Shown piece by piece: positions 1 through 11,424 of a DNA stretch of 48,222 nucleotides. The position numbers and the translations under genes were made by a program. Each line of letters starts with the position of its first letter. Positions within the stretch are counted from its first letter, which is position 1. Origin of the DNA: Octopus bimaculoides (taxonomy: Eukaryota); the NCBI RefSeq assembly GCF_001194135.2, contig NC_068981.1:168687799-168736020 (forward strand), in the 5' to 3' direction. The notes beneath the pieces are model-generated. The model saw only the letters and a list, made by a program, of their open reading frames with translations. It was not told the origin of the DNA and ran no database searches.

Positions 1-1663
1 ATGTATATATATACATATATATATATATTTATATACAGAGAGAGAGAGAGAGATACATGTGTGTGTACATACATGTAAAAAAACTGCTTGAATTTCACAG
101 TTTCAGTCTATCAAATTTCTCTGATTACGTGTTGGTTGATTTGAGGCTATAGTAAAATACATTTGGTAAGTGTCTTGAAGATTGAATTTGAACCCAGAAC
201 TACGTTTTTATGAAGTGAAGTTCTTAAGCTGAAATAACTAAAAAATATTCAATGCTTGACTTCAGTTGTGTGTGAAAATAATTGTTGTTTACTCATACGG
301 TTGAACTTTGGATTATAAGATTGTTTGCTTGTGTCTTGGTTATGCTTGCTTACCTTACATTTTGCATTGGATATTCTGTGTGTATGTGTGCGCTCACGTA
401 TGCTTATGTGCAATACAGTCAATCCATCTATATGTCTGTCAAACAAACATATTGAAATATCAGAATGGTAAACATTTCAGTTGGCAAGTGATTACAGAGT
501 CACTAAACACTGATCTTTCTGTGTCAATTCTACTTAATCTCTTCTGGTATTTTTTATATTTTCTGTTTGCACCAATCTTACATTTATCTGTTTGAATGTG
601 AGTTGACCTTTGTAAAATTTGCCGTGAAGGGTTTTTATACTTATTGTTTAAAATCTCACCTTTTTTTTTGTTGCAGTTAATAGTGGTTAATTAATCTTGA
701 AGTTAATTATTTAGTTATTTTTATATCAATTTTAAAGGAAATTTAAGTGTACAGCATTAACTCATTGTGAAAGGCTGAGCCTAAATGAGTTAAAAAAAAA
801 CAGTTGGGTATCTGATGTTATTTTTTAGCTCTAGGTTAACCCTGTTCCAGTCATGACCATCTTGTCTCTTTTTGTGTCCTTCCCTTTCTAAAGATCTGAC
901 TGCTATTCTGAGCAGATAAAGCAGTTTTGTTTGAAATACCTTTTAGTGGATTTGGATGGTGAACGCAGGAGAAGTGTTTGCATTGTTAAGGCCATGTAAT
1001 GTCAGAAATGATGCTTCAAGGTTGAAAAACTGTTGTGAGTTGGCAGTGGAGAGCGCTGTAATGGAAGTAGATACAAGAAGGGTAAATCTAAGAACTTTAG
1101 ATCTCATAGACAAGATGACTTAGAATTTAGGTAAATGAAATTGTCATTTATTTGTAGTTTACTCTTGAGTCAAAAGATTTAAGATCAAAGGCATTCCAAC
1201 TGTGACCATCCCATCATTTTTGTTTTTCAGAGAGTGTATCAAGATTATGGAAAACAATGTGATCTTCTGATTTTTAAGATAATAGGGTGCAATTTGAGAA
1301 AGAATTTGCTATTTCTAACTAGTTGATTCATTGCTTAAAGGTTCTCTTATGGATTCGTAGGGCAAATGAAGTCAATCTGTATTACAAGACCCACCCATTT
1401 TACATGTTCCAACATAGGGAAAATAAAGATATTTAAATGGCGATAATTAAAATGGATAAATAATTTGGAGATGATTTCAATATTTTGAAACTGAAATCAA
1501 AAAATGTTGGTATTGTATTTCTATAGTTTTTGGATTTTCTTTGAATGAGAAGCAAAAATTTTTCATATATATTATATTTTAGTGAATCATTAATTTCAAC
1601 TTAATTAACTTTTTTTGTTATGTTTTTTTTTTGTTTTTTTTTAATTTTATTTTTATTTATCAG

Positions 1664-1770
1664 AATCGACATATAGATTTCTTGCTCAAAATGGGTCCTG
1701 CTATAATTCCCTCCTGAAGTTCTTCAATGGAGGCACCTATGAGAAGAATCCTTCACGCTATGAAATGTAA
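1664..1770 (+). other. Candidate orphan exon (unidentified; possible terminal exon)
   Basis: Long T-rich tract + CAG acceptor at 1661-1663. Phase-1 frame reads xSTYRFLAQNGSCYNSLLKFFNGGTYEKNPSRYEM* with TAA at 1768-1770; a weak GTAAAT donor at 1767 is an alternative. Peptide not recognised. Confidence 0.3.
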
Positions 1771-2038
1771 ATAAAATGAAGAGCATCAAATGATTATTGA
1801 TATTATAATCTAAAGAGAGAGAGGAGAGAATGAAGGAAAGAGAGCAGAAATTAATCAAATGAAAATGAGATAAATTTACTCAAAGAAATTTTGTGCCAAA
1901 ATTATGTGCNNNNNNNNNNNNNNNNNNNNNNNNNNNNNNNNNNNNNNNNNNNNNNNNNNNNNNNNNNNNNNNNNNNNNNNNNNNNNNNNNNNNNNNNNNN
2001 NNNNNNNNNNNNNNNNNNNNNNNNNNTATATATATATA

Positions 2039-2343
2039 AAATCAAAATAAGCAACTAGGATATCTAGAGGTAATGCAGTATGATCGTTTCAAGCAACTCC
2101 ATTTAATAAGCTGAAATGGAGACAGCATGTTCTTTGTCTATCTCCTTACCTTCTTGGAGATTTTAGGTAAAATTATACTAATGTATCCATCTGTTTTAAT
2201 TTAATTAAATTCTATGTATTTATGCAGCTGAAGCTTGCTCTGCATTTAAATTGGTATAATGATTGCATTGTTCAGTTAAATTGAGTTGCTTGAAACGATC
2301 GTACTGCATTACCTCTAGATATCCTTGTTGCTTATTTTGATGT
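2039..2343. mobile_element. MITE with ~61-bp TIRs and TA flanks (Tc1/mariner-like target)
   Basis: aaatcaaaataagcaactaggatatctagaggtaatgcagtatgatcgtttcaagcaactc at 2039-2099 and its reverse complement (3 mismatches) at 2283-2343; TA on both sides. Confidence 0.9.
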
Positions 2344-2959
2344 TAATCACCTTATTTTGAAATTGTATGGATAATACTGTACTAAATTCTAGTGCCTCAA
2401 CTTAAGTACCATATTCATCTGAATCTATATATATAAATATATTTTGGAGAAATTTTGAAACATGTCTTTTTTTTTCTCTTTGACCAAAATCATTTATTTT
2501 CATACAGATAGCAAATATTTTATGACTCATGGGATAGGGAACTTTATTCCAATTCTACATTTGATGTTCCAACAACATAGCAGAAATTTGCTGAGTTCAA
2601 ATGTTTCAACATTCTTGCTATGTCTTTTTCATATTCTGGCAGGAAGAAGCTCTATTAAAACTAAAATAAATAAAAAAAAACAACCTCCACCTCCCAGACT
2701 CTTGTTTCTGCTGAAGTCTGGTCTGGTCTAGTGGGAATTAAGAGGTATTATTACCAGGAATATGCCATAACGAATCCAAAGAGCCAGTCTCTGGCAATGT
2801 GAAGGTGCTTATGATAATCATAAGATCATACATTTTATAAATTTAGTTGGCTCGGTTAACTCTGGTGAGATTTGAAGCAGAATGTAAAGTGTTTGTCCAG
2901 CACAGTATCACTTCTGCCAAATCTTAATAATAATAGTAATAATAATAATAATAATAAGA

Positions 2960-3799
2960 AGAAGAAGAAACAACAAAAGCTATAAAACAAATGAAATCCA
3001 AACTAAAACTAGAACAGCAACGGACCATGATAAAACGATGGCAAGAAAAGCCCCTACATGGTAAATACTGGGCTAAACTAAATGCGAAAGAAATAGACAG
3101 AGAAAAATCCCAGCAATGGCTGAGAAGCTCAGGACTCAAAGCAGAGACTGAAGGATTTTTAATTGCTGCACAAGACCAGAGCCTCCCCACCAGAAATTAC
3201 CAAAAACACATAATGAAAAGAAATATAACAAGTAACTGTAGAATATGTGGAGATGGACAAGAAACAATAAATCATATTATCTCTNNNNNNNNNNNNNNNN
3301 NNNNNNNNNNNNNNNNNNNNNNNNNNNNNNNNNNNNNNNNNNNNNNNNNNNNNNNNNNNNNNNNNNNNNNNNNNNNNNNNNNNNNNNNNNNNNNNNNNNN
3401 NNNNNNNNNNNNNNNNNNNNNNNNNNNNNNNNNNNNNNNNNNNNNNNNNNNNNNNNNNNNNNNNNNNNNNNNNNNNNNNNNNNNNNNNNNNNNNNNNNNN
3501 NNNNNNNNNNNNNNNNNNNNNNNNNNAGTCTAAAAACAGAAACAATTCCTATCATAGTAGGTGCCTTAGGTATAATAAAAAAAATATTCAGACAAATACA
3601 TAACAAAAACACCAGGACTTACAAATATATATAACATACAGAAAATTGCACTACTGGGTACTGCACACATTCTACGCAAAACACTTTCAATACAGTAAAC
3701 ATAAGAGCACCACAGCAAACCACAGCACATACCCAAGGCGCACAGAGCTGCGCTCGGTAGTGAAGTGAAAGCACGTTATAAAAATAAAACTACTGAACA
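2960..3799 (+). mobile_element. 5'-truncated Dong/R4-type (RLE) non-LTR retrotransposon, interrupted by an N gap
   Basis: Translation ...WLRSSGLKAETEGFLIAAQDQSLPTRNY...CRICGDGQETINHIIS (zinc knuckle preceding the RLE domain), then LKTETIPIIVGALG...IALLGTAHILRKTL. Flanked by (TAA)n on both sides, the known Dong target. Confidence 0.9.
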
Positions 3800-3821
3800 A
3801 TAATAATAATAATAATAATAA

Positions 3822-4036
3822 TCCTTTCTACTATAGGCACAAGGCCTGAAATTTTGGGGGACGGGGCTAGTTGATGAGATTGACCCCAGTATGCAACTGT
3901 TACTTAATTTATCGACCCTGAAAGATGATAGGCAAAGTCAACCATGGCAGAATTTGAACTTACAACACAGCGACGGATGAAATACCGCTAAGCATTTCGT
4001 CCAGCATGCTAGCAATTCTGCCAGCTCACTGCCTCA
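3822..4036 (-). mobile_element. SINE family A (tRNA-derived head GGTGGCGAGCTGGCAGAATCGTTAGC, core GTCGACTTTGCCTTTCATCC)
   Basis: Reverse-complement match to the + copies at 42477-42945; (TAA)n/(TAT)n flanks. Confidence 0.85.
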
Positions 4037-4984
4037 ATATTATTATTATTATTATTATCATCATCATCATCATCATCATCAATAATAATAATGAATTAAT
4101 GTTGAATATTCTGTTTTAATTTCTTATTTGTTACTATAAAATAAAAATGTAAACAAGAAATAGTTTTGCATGGAATTGCTTCTGTGAATAAAGTACTAAA
4201 TTTAATAATATTTATTTTGTTATTTACGAGAATGTCTCTTCTTCAAATGACATGTTCAAAAGAGAGAAGTGTTAAAATTGATATTTGATATCTTACAAAT
4301 AATTCACTACGTAGGTGGTAGTCCATCAATAAATATAGCTCTTTCAACTATTCTCAATGAAAGTATTGACTTTTTTTTTTTTTATTACGTTTTTAAAAAT
4401 TCTGGCTTTATGGCATGGCTCTTATATCTGTCTTCAGTTGTTCTTGAATTAGACATCTATTATTTAAAGTTGCTACTCATCCTTCTCCTTAATATATTCC
4501 ATTCCTCTTATTGGCTTGGCATTGAATTTCCATAATTCAACTGTAATGATAACAAGCCATTTTAATAATTATCTTTAATTTCTTTTTCATGCTCACATAT
4601 TTATCATTTTTATGTCATAAGAAACTGAAGTATACGCATTGTCTCTAAACTACAAACTTTTATTATTTTATATATATATGTATATATATATTAGCATTTT
4701 TATACCATTTCCATTTTCTGAATGCCTAGTAACACACATGATACTTGACCTTGGAGCAATTCATACTACACAATCATGTATGTTGTTGCTTTTGGGTAGC
4801 TCCAGGTAAGCCAGATTGAATAGAAGTATGGCATTACAGATAGTTGGCAGAATGACTAGGTGTCACTCATATATCTATCATTCCAGATGTACCACACTTG
4901 TGTTTAGTAGAGAACCATACTACTCACTTCAACACACAGTCATCAGTGGGGGGGGGGGAGGTGTAGCCGTCTGGACATATTATA

Positions 4985-5885
4985 CTCACTTCCACTACCC
5001 ACTCTATTCCTGTACGATTTATAGATCCAGTGCTGATAAAAGAAATGGGCAAAGTGGATTTGGTCACAATGTGGCTCTGCATTTATTGCTGGTGATGTGT
5101 ATGTATCCCAGGGTAGTGTTTAATGTTGTTGCTATTTTGTGCGAATGTTTTTGCTTTTTTTATATTTGTCTGGACTCAGAAATATGTTTTCTGGGAAAGT
5201 GTTGTAAGTAGTGTTTGGTGTGATTGTAGATGTGCTGAGGGGTTGGTGTCATTGTACATGGTACTGGTGGGCTTGGAGGTTTTCTGCAGAAACAAACTAA
5301 GCTCTTTGCATGGCCATATACTCACTTTTAGCATCTTGTCCATGTGTGATGCAGGCTTCCCAACCACATGGTTTTGGGTTCAATCCTATTGCATAGCATC
5401 TTGGTGGAGGGGGGGGGGGCAAATGTCTTCTACTATAGCACCATGCCAACCAAAGCCGTTGGACTCATGCATATATGGAAAAAAAAAGTGGACATTGAAC
5501 AGTGGTGATGATGATGATGATGATGATGAAATGAAGGGCACTGTTTTTGTTTGTAGTTTTTATAATTTGTTGTCACTGTACAAGGCTTCTTGAAGCTTAC
5601 TGTTTTAGAGACAAGTTTTCAGTAGGTCACTGATGTGTGAGTGAAGAAGTTGTGCTCCTGAGTCTGGACAGTGATGAGAAGATGTGACCAATGTCATCTG
5701 CACATGAGATTGTATATTAGTTTTGACGAGATGTGGGAAAGTTGTATAAGTGTAGGTGAGAAGGATCTCTGTGGTATGCTGTTCAGATAAATTGCAAATT
5801 CTGGATATGTTGGTTTTTGTGTGACTGCATAGGCTCAGATTGTCTTTTACAAGATAGTTGTATTGTTGGCTCATAATTTTCAATA
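4985..5885 (-). mobile_element. Highly degenerate non-LTR retrotransposon ORF2 remnant (Jockey/I-like), split by a SINE and (GAT)n
   Basis: Minus-strand frameshifted peptides IPQRS-FSPTL and CADDIGHIFSS resemble the RT motifs GVPQGS.LSP.L and YADD; the assignment of 4985-5330 to the same element is weaker. Confidence 0.5.
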
Positions 5886-6011
5886 TAGGAAAGTCAAAAC
5901 AGGTAATATATACGAGGGTAAAATTTGTAGCATTTTGCCTAACTTAGAAATCATCATCATCACTGCCACCATCACCATCATCATCATCATCACCATCACA
6001 TCATCATCATC

Positions 6012-6692
6012 GTAGATTGGCAGAATAGTGCATTGGGTAAAATGCTTTGCAGTCCCTTTTCCAGCTCTTTATGCTCTGAGTTCAAATCCCAGTGAGGTTG
6101 ACTTTACTTTTCAACACTTCAGGGTTGATAAGATAAGGAACCAGTCAAATACTGGGGTCAATATAACAGACTTGCTTCTCTCCCTCAAAATTGCTGGCCT
6201 TGCATCAAAATTAGCAGGAATTGTTAGTATCATTATTTTGTTGTTATTTCATAACTTTTTAAGGTGGTGAGCTGGCAGAGTTGTTAGCACGCTGGACGAA
6301 ATGCTTAGCAGTATTTCGCCTGTCACTACGTTCTGAGTTCAAATTCCACCGAGGTCGACTTAGTCTTTCATCCTTTTGGGGTCGATAAATTAAGTACCAG
6401 TGAAACACTGGGGTCAATGTAATTGACTAGTTCCCTCACCCACCAAATTTCAGGCCTTGTGCCTTTAGTAGAAAGGATTATTTCACACCTTTATAAAGTG
6501 ATGAGCTGGCAGAACCATTAGCATGCCAGGCAAAATGATTAGTGACATTTTGTCTGTCTTTAGACAGGTCCGATTTGCTCTTTCATCCTTTCAGGGTCAA
6601 TGAAATTAGTGCCAGTTCAACACTGGGGTTGATGTAATCAACTAGTCTCATCCTCCAAAAGTTCAGGACTTATGCCTATAATAGAAAGGAAT
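6012..6692 (+). mobile_element. Three consecutive old SINE family A copies (about 6012-6222, 6260-6480, 6497-6692)
   Basis: Each has the head GAGCTGGCAGA, B-box-like GAGTTCAAAT and core TCATCCTTT..GGGTC(G/A)AT; CpGs are mostly converted to TpG/CpA. Confidence 0.85.
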
Positions 6693-6858
6693 ATTTCACA
6701 CCTTTATTACTGTTGTTAGAGCAGGAGGTAAGTTACCAGTAATCCAAATTGTTGCATTGATATTAGCTCCTAGTTGAAACTAGTTCACTTCACTTAAGCA
6801 GCTGTTCATAACTGAGGAAGAAAAAAATCTATGAATGTCATCCAGTCATTCCTTCTTA

Positions 6859-7087
6859 TTTCTTTATTGCTCACAAAGGGCTAAACATAGAGGGGACAAA
6901 CAAGGACAGACAAAGGGATTAAGTCGATTACATCGACCCCAGTGCGTAACTGGTACTTAATTTATCGACTTCGAAAGGATGAAAGGCAAAGTCGACCTTG
7001 GCGGAATTTGAACTCAGAACATAGCGGCAGCCGAAGTACCATTAAGCATTTCGCCCGGCGTGCTAACGTTTCTGCCAGCTCGCCGCC
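6859..7087 (-). mobile_element. Young SINE family A variant (A') with an alternative tail
   Basis: Family A head/core with CpGs retained; tail ...TTTGTCCCCTCTATGTTTAGCCC...AATAAAGAAAT; near-perfect 14-bp TSD gtcattccttctta (6845-6858) / gtcaatccttctta (7088-7101). Confidence 0.9.
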
Positions 7088-7604
7088 GTCAATCCTTCTT
7101 AATAGATCAGTAGCCTTGGGCTTAAGTAAGAAATTATTATTATTTGAGTAGTATTAGTATTGAGTAATGCATTAGTGAGATTTTATAAGTTTTTTTTTCT
7201 TTTTTTTATGGACTGAACATACAAAATAATTTTGATCCCTTGGCTAGAACTGTTTCATAATGACATAAGTTGAATGTGAATAAGCCTAGGAAGGGGCTGG
7301 ATACCACAAGGCATTTACTAATGCACGTGAAAGAGATAACTGTGTTGATGCAGACATTTAACTCTTTTGAAACCAATCCACTTGAAACAGCCATTAGTTG
7401 TAAGGGTTTTAAAGTGATCTGAATTCAAACCTCCCATTAAAATTTCATGGTAATTTTTTCCATAAATATCAGTTTAAGAATGACAGTTATTTTACTAAAT
7501 CTTCCATTCTTTTCAAAATTAACTGAAACGAAGGTAAAGTATTTGACAGAAATATGGTAGCAAAAGACTTTATGTAAATTGTTTTATTTTTTTAATCTTC
7601 TTTT

Positions 7605-7794
7605 ACTCGTTTCAGTCATTGGCCTGCGGCCATGCTGGGGCACCACCTTGAAGGGTTTTAGTTGAACAAATTGATCCTGGTACTTAGTTTTTTTTTTCTT
7701 AAGTTTAGCATTTATTCTATTGGTCCCTTTTGGTAAACTGCTAAGTTACATCGGCATAAACAAACCAATGGCAGTTGTCAAGTGGGAGAATAGT
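7605..7794 (-). mobile_element. SINE family B 3' part (runs into gap)
   Basis: Reverse complement of ...CCAGCATGGCCGCAG(T/G)C.AATGACTGAAAC tail shared with the full copy at 44538-45020. Confidence 0.8.
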
Positions 7795-8277
7795 NNNNNN
7801 NNNNNNNNNNNNNNNNNNNNNNNNNNNNNNNNNNNNNNNNNNNNNNNNNNNNNNNNNNNNNNNNNNNNNNNNNNNNNNNNNNNNNNNNNNNNNNNNNNNN
7901 NNNNNNNNNNNNNNNNNNNNNNNNNNNNNNNNNNNNNNNNNNNNNNNNNNNNNNNNNNNNNNNNNNNNNNNNNNNNNNNNNNNNNNNNNNNNNNNNNNNN
8001 NNNNNNNNNNNNNNNNNNNNNNNNNNNNNNNNNNNNNNNNNNNNNNNNNNNNNNNNNNNNNNNNNNNNNNNNNNNNNNNNNNNNNNNNNNNNNNNNNNNN
8101 NNNNNNNNNNNNNNNNNNNNNNNNNNNNAGTTAGAGCATGCTATCATAAGAGGTTGAAGAGAAGAACAACATCCATAAAGTTACAGTATTGCTAAACTTA
8201 GCAAACAAATATATCAATGAGATTAATTGCCTAAAGAAATTTGTTGATTGGAGCTAAGTTTGTGCAGTTGTCTAAAC

Positions 8278-8552
8278 CAGGGGCTTTCAAACTTTTTGGC
8301 TTGCGGACCCCTTTATATTTCAGGCTTTACCTTAGGGACCCCCTTATAAACGCTTATGAAATTTATACATAAATATTTGCTTAAAATAACATATATTTTT
8401 ACATTTATTTATTTAACAGTTTTTAACAAATAGGTTTATTGTCAATTAAAAGATTTCGATTAAAAAACATATATAAAATCAAATTGCCCATAAAAAGTAT
8501 TTGCTGTCCACAGACCCCCTGCGGTCCATGGACCACAGTTTGAAAACCCCTG
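8278..8552. mobile_element. hAT (Charlie-like) MITE, 275 bp
   Basis: TIRs CAGGGGCTTTCAAACT / AGTTTGAAAACCCCTG; perfect 8-bp TSD GTCTAAAC (8270-8277, 8553-8560). Confidence 0.95.
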
Positions 8553-9035
8553 GTCTAAACCATAGGATCTTGTAGAGCAGATATAGAAGTGGCAAAAAGA
8601 GAAAAAGTGATGAAAGAATGATATAATAAATTACAGTGATGGTATTGGTAACAAGACTTCTTTATGTTCACTTACTCTGCTCAATTTAGCAAACAAACCT
8701 CTTTCAAACATTGCTCCACTATCTCTCAAATGGAGTGACAGCATGCATCGTCCTTATCTTTGTCAGCATGCATTCTTTTGCTGTATTGTTCCAAGTTGGT
8801 CATGATCAGCTGAACCTTTAATAAAATGCATTCAATTTTTAAAGGTGGTTAGAATCGATTTGAAAAGAAATTTGATTGCTATTTCTAGCCAGTCAAGTGA
8901 TTTTGAAGAGATTTTTTTTTTGTTTTGCAAGTCAGTCTTTGTTGTTTATGTTGTTGCTGCTGCTGTTGTTGTTAGCCCTGAATCCGAGGAACTGTAAGCC
9001 AAGCCCTCCAATTGTGAACATCCTTATTTTTGTTT

Positions 9036-9180
9036 TCGTAGGAAGGGCATCCAGCTATAGAAACTCTGCCAGATCAGATTGGAGCCTGGTGCAGCCTTCT
9101 GGTTCACCAGTCCTCAGTCAAATCATCCAACCCATGCTAGCATGGAGGGCAGACATTAAACAATGATGATGATGATGATG
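9036..9180 (+). mobile_element. SINE family C 3' part (core GGAAGGGCATCCAGC, (GAT)n tail)
   Basis: Matches the minus copies at 12220-12515 and 16948-17270. Confidence 0.85.
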
Positions 9181-9562
9181 ACACAGTGTATTTAAAACCA
9201 CAGTATCCAATTTGTTCTTACTTTCTTTTTAAAGATGGTTGGTTGTTATTCGTGTGTGTGTGTGTGTCTTGATGCATACTCATGTTGGTATTAAATGATA
9301 AGTTGTAAAAGAGTGTCACTCTCACACAAGCAGTGTCATTCATTTCCAGTCTTTCATGAAAGCATGTCTAGTCATAGGGAAATATTAACTTTCTTAGGAA
9401 AAATTGAGGGTTAGTGCCATGAAGGATATTTGGCCATAGAAAATATACTTTAATGAATTCAATCTGACATGTTCACGGATGGAAAAGTAGACATTATGAT
9501 GAGGATGATGAATATGATGATGATACTTAGGGATAACATCTGGTCTTTGTTAGCGAGCAAGG

Positions 9563-9617
9563 TGACTGCCAGGACAATGTTTTAGTCTTATTGGACCTCA
9601 TCAGCAAAATACAGTCA
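9563..9617 (-). ncRNA. Decayed type I hammerhead-like motif
   Basis: Minus: tgactg..CTGATGA-GGTC(caataa)GACT-AAAA-CATTGTC-ctgg-cagtca. CCGAAA appears as CTAAAA, which CpG decay would explain; the outer tgactg/cagtca arms pair. Confidence 0.5.
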
Positions 9618-9734
9618 AACTTAAGTAAGCTAGATCAGTCGACAGAGGTTTTATACATAGAGAAATATTGGTTTCAAAGTTTGGCACAAGGCCAGCAATT
9701 TTGGGGAAAGAGCAAGTCGACTGGATTGACCCTA

Positions 9735-10095
9735 GTACTCCACATGTACTTGATGGGTTTAGTTGACCAAATTGACCCCATTAATTTTTCCAAGTTTGGT
9801 ACTTACGTAATTTTTTTTTGCTTAACTGCTAAATTACAGGATGTAAACAAACCAAAACCAGCTGTCAAGTGGTGGTGGGAGGGAAGACAAAGGCACACAC
9901 ACACACACACACACACAGACACGCGCTACATACATACATGTGTACAAAGGGCTTCCACACAGTTTCTGTCTACCAAATTTATTCTCAAGGTACTTATTGA
10001 AGACACTTAAACCCCAAGTGCTATGCAGTAGGACTGAACCTGAAACCATGTGGTTGCAAAGTCAGTTGCTTAACCACAGAGCTATGCCTGTGCCT
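9735..10095 (-). mobile_element. SINE family B with internal (CA)n
   Basis: Head ...GGTTTCAGGTTCAGTCC and central GTAGACAGAAACTG read on the minus strand. Confidence 0.8.
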
Positions 10096-10519
10096 ATGTA
10101 ATATATCTAAAATTGTATTATTCAGAGTTTTATCCAATCTTTTTGCAAGTTTCTAAATTATGATTTGAAGAAGATTTGGTTGCTATTACTAGCAGGTTGA
10201 GTGATCACGTAGAGAGTCCCTCATCTTCTTTAGTATAGATATGAAGTTGGGTAAGATGCAGTGTGGCTAATGGGGTTATAATTTGCAGCAGATGCATTAG
10301 CATGTTCAGTATAAATATGTCCTTAGGGAAGATACAAAGTCTTTTGCTTCATTTACGAATTTTGATAGCCAAGGTACTTGAAAACAGAGTATTGAACCAG
10401 GCATTAATGAATGGGTTAGATTAGTCTTCACCATCATTATATCAAATAACATAGTCATCATCATCTTCATCTCAAAATAGCATCATCATTATATCAAATA
10501 ACATTTGATATAATGTGGT

Positions 10520-10945
10520 TGAATCAGCTTGCTAGAAATAACAGCCAAATCTCCCCCATATGATATCTCCTTCTTGAAAGGAGAGGGATGCATTGTATAA
10601 TGTAGTTCTAGGTGTCAAGACAAGATGACCATGGTTGGAATGTTTAGACTATAGCTTTGCTTAATGGGGATGACCTTTTCCTTTCTTGCATGATTAATTA
10701 TTTAGCCCACAGGTTAGCTCTAATTCAGGAGACTTATCTATCTATTATTAAAAGTGTTTAGCCAGGATCATCATACATTTTGTTTCCAGATCTGTTGTGA
10801 TTATATAATACTACCTTCTCCAGTTTCTCTTATTATTTAATCTAGGATAAGCTAATAAGGCAGACTCTGTATGATTTCTTGATCTGGTGGGGTGTGATTT
10901 AGCTGTTATTTCTGGCCAGTTGAGAAGCCACACAGTTGCTCCCTT
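10520..10945. repeat. Old interspersed repeat family F, two copies in inverted orientation
   Basis: gctagaaataacagccaaatc (about 10530) vs gatttagctgttatttctggc (about 10897). Related copies at about 825-900, 1195-1345, 8790-8900, 10130-10230, 11835-12050, 13760-13960. Confidence 0.65.
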
Positions 10946-11096
10946 GTCACATTCTCATAAAAGATAAACAAGTTTGCAATCTCTAATTGAGTCAATCCTG
11001 TCATCTTAGCCAAGTTACATATAAGTTATTCAACTGTATTTTTATTAATTCAGAGCATTTCATTTTATCTGTTTATTCTATTAATTTATTTAGACA

Positions 11097-11237
11097 CTGA
11101 CACGACTGTGTGGCTAAGAAGTTTGCTTTGCATACTCATAATTTTGGGTTCAGTCCCACTGCACAACACCTTGGACAAGTGTCTTCTGCCATAGCCCCAA
11201 GTTGACCACTATTTTGTGAGTTGAGTCTATGTGGAGG

Positions 11238-11275
<38 letters not shown>

Positions 11276-11420
11276 TTGTGCGTTTCCCCATCTACTGCTT
11301 GACAACTGGTGTTGGTTTGTTTATGTCCCTGTAATTTAGTGGTTTGATAAGAGGAACAGATAGAATAAGTACCAGATCTAAAAATAAGTACTGTGTTCAA
11401 TTTGATTCTATATTTGAGAG
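11097..11420 (+). mobile_element. SINE family B with internal (GT)n
   Basis: ACTGTGTGGCTAAGAAGTTTGC head, GGGTTCAGTCCCACTG B-box region, AGAATAAGTAC tail. Confidence 0.8.
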
Positions 11421-11424
11421 ATGA

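Noticed and set aside
757-793. Small TTAA-bounded inverted repeat (ttaactcatt/aatgagttaa)
   Set aside because: Too short to distinguish from chance in AT-rich DNA.
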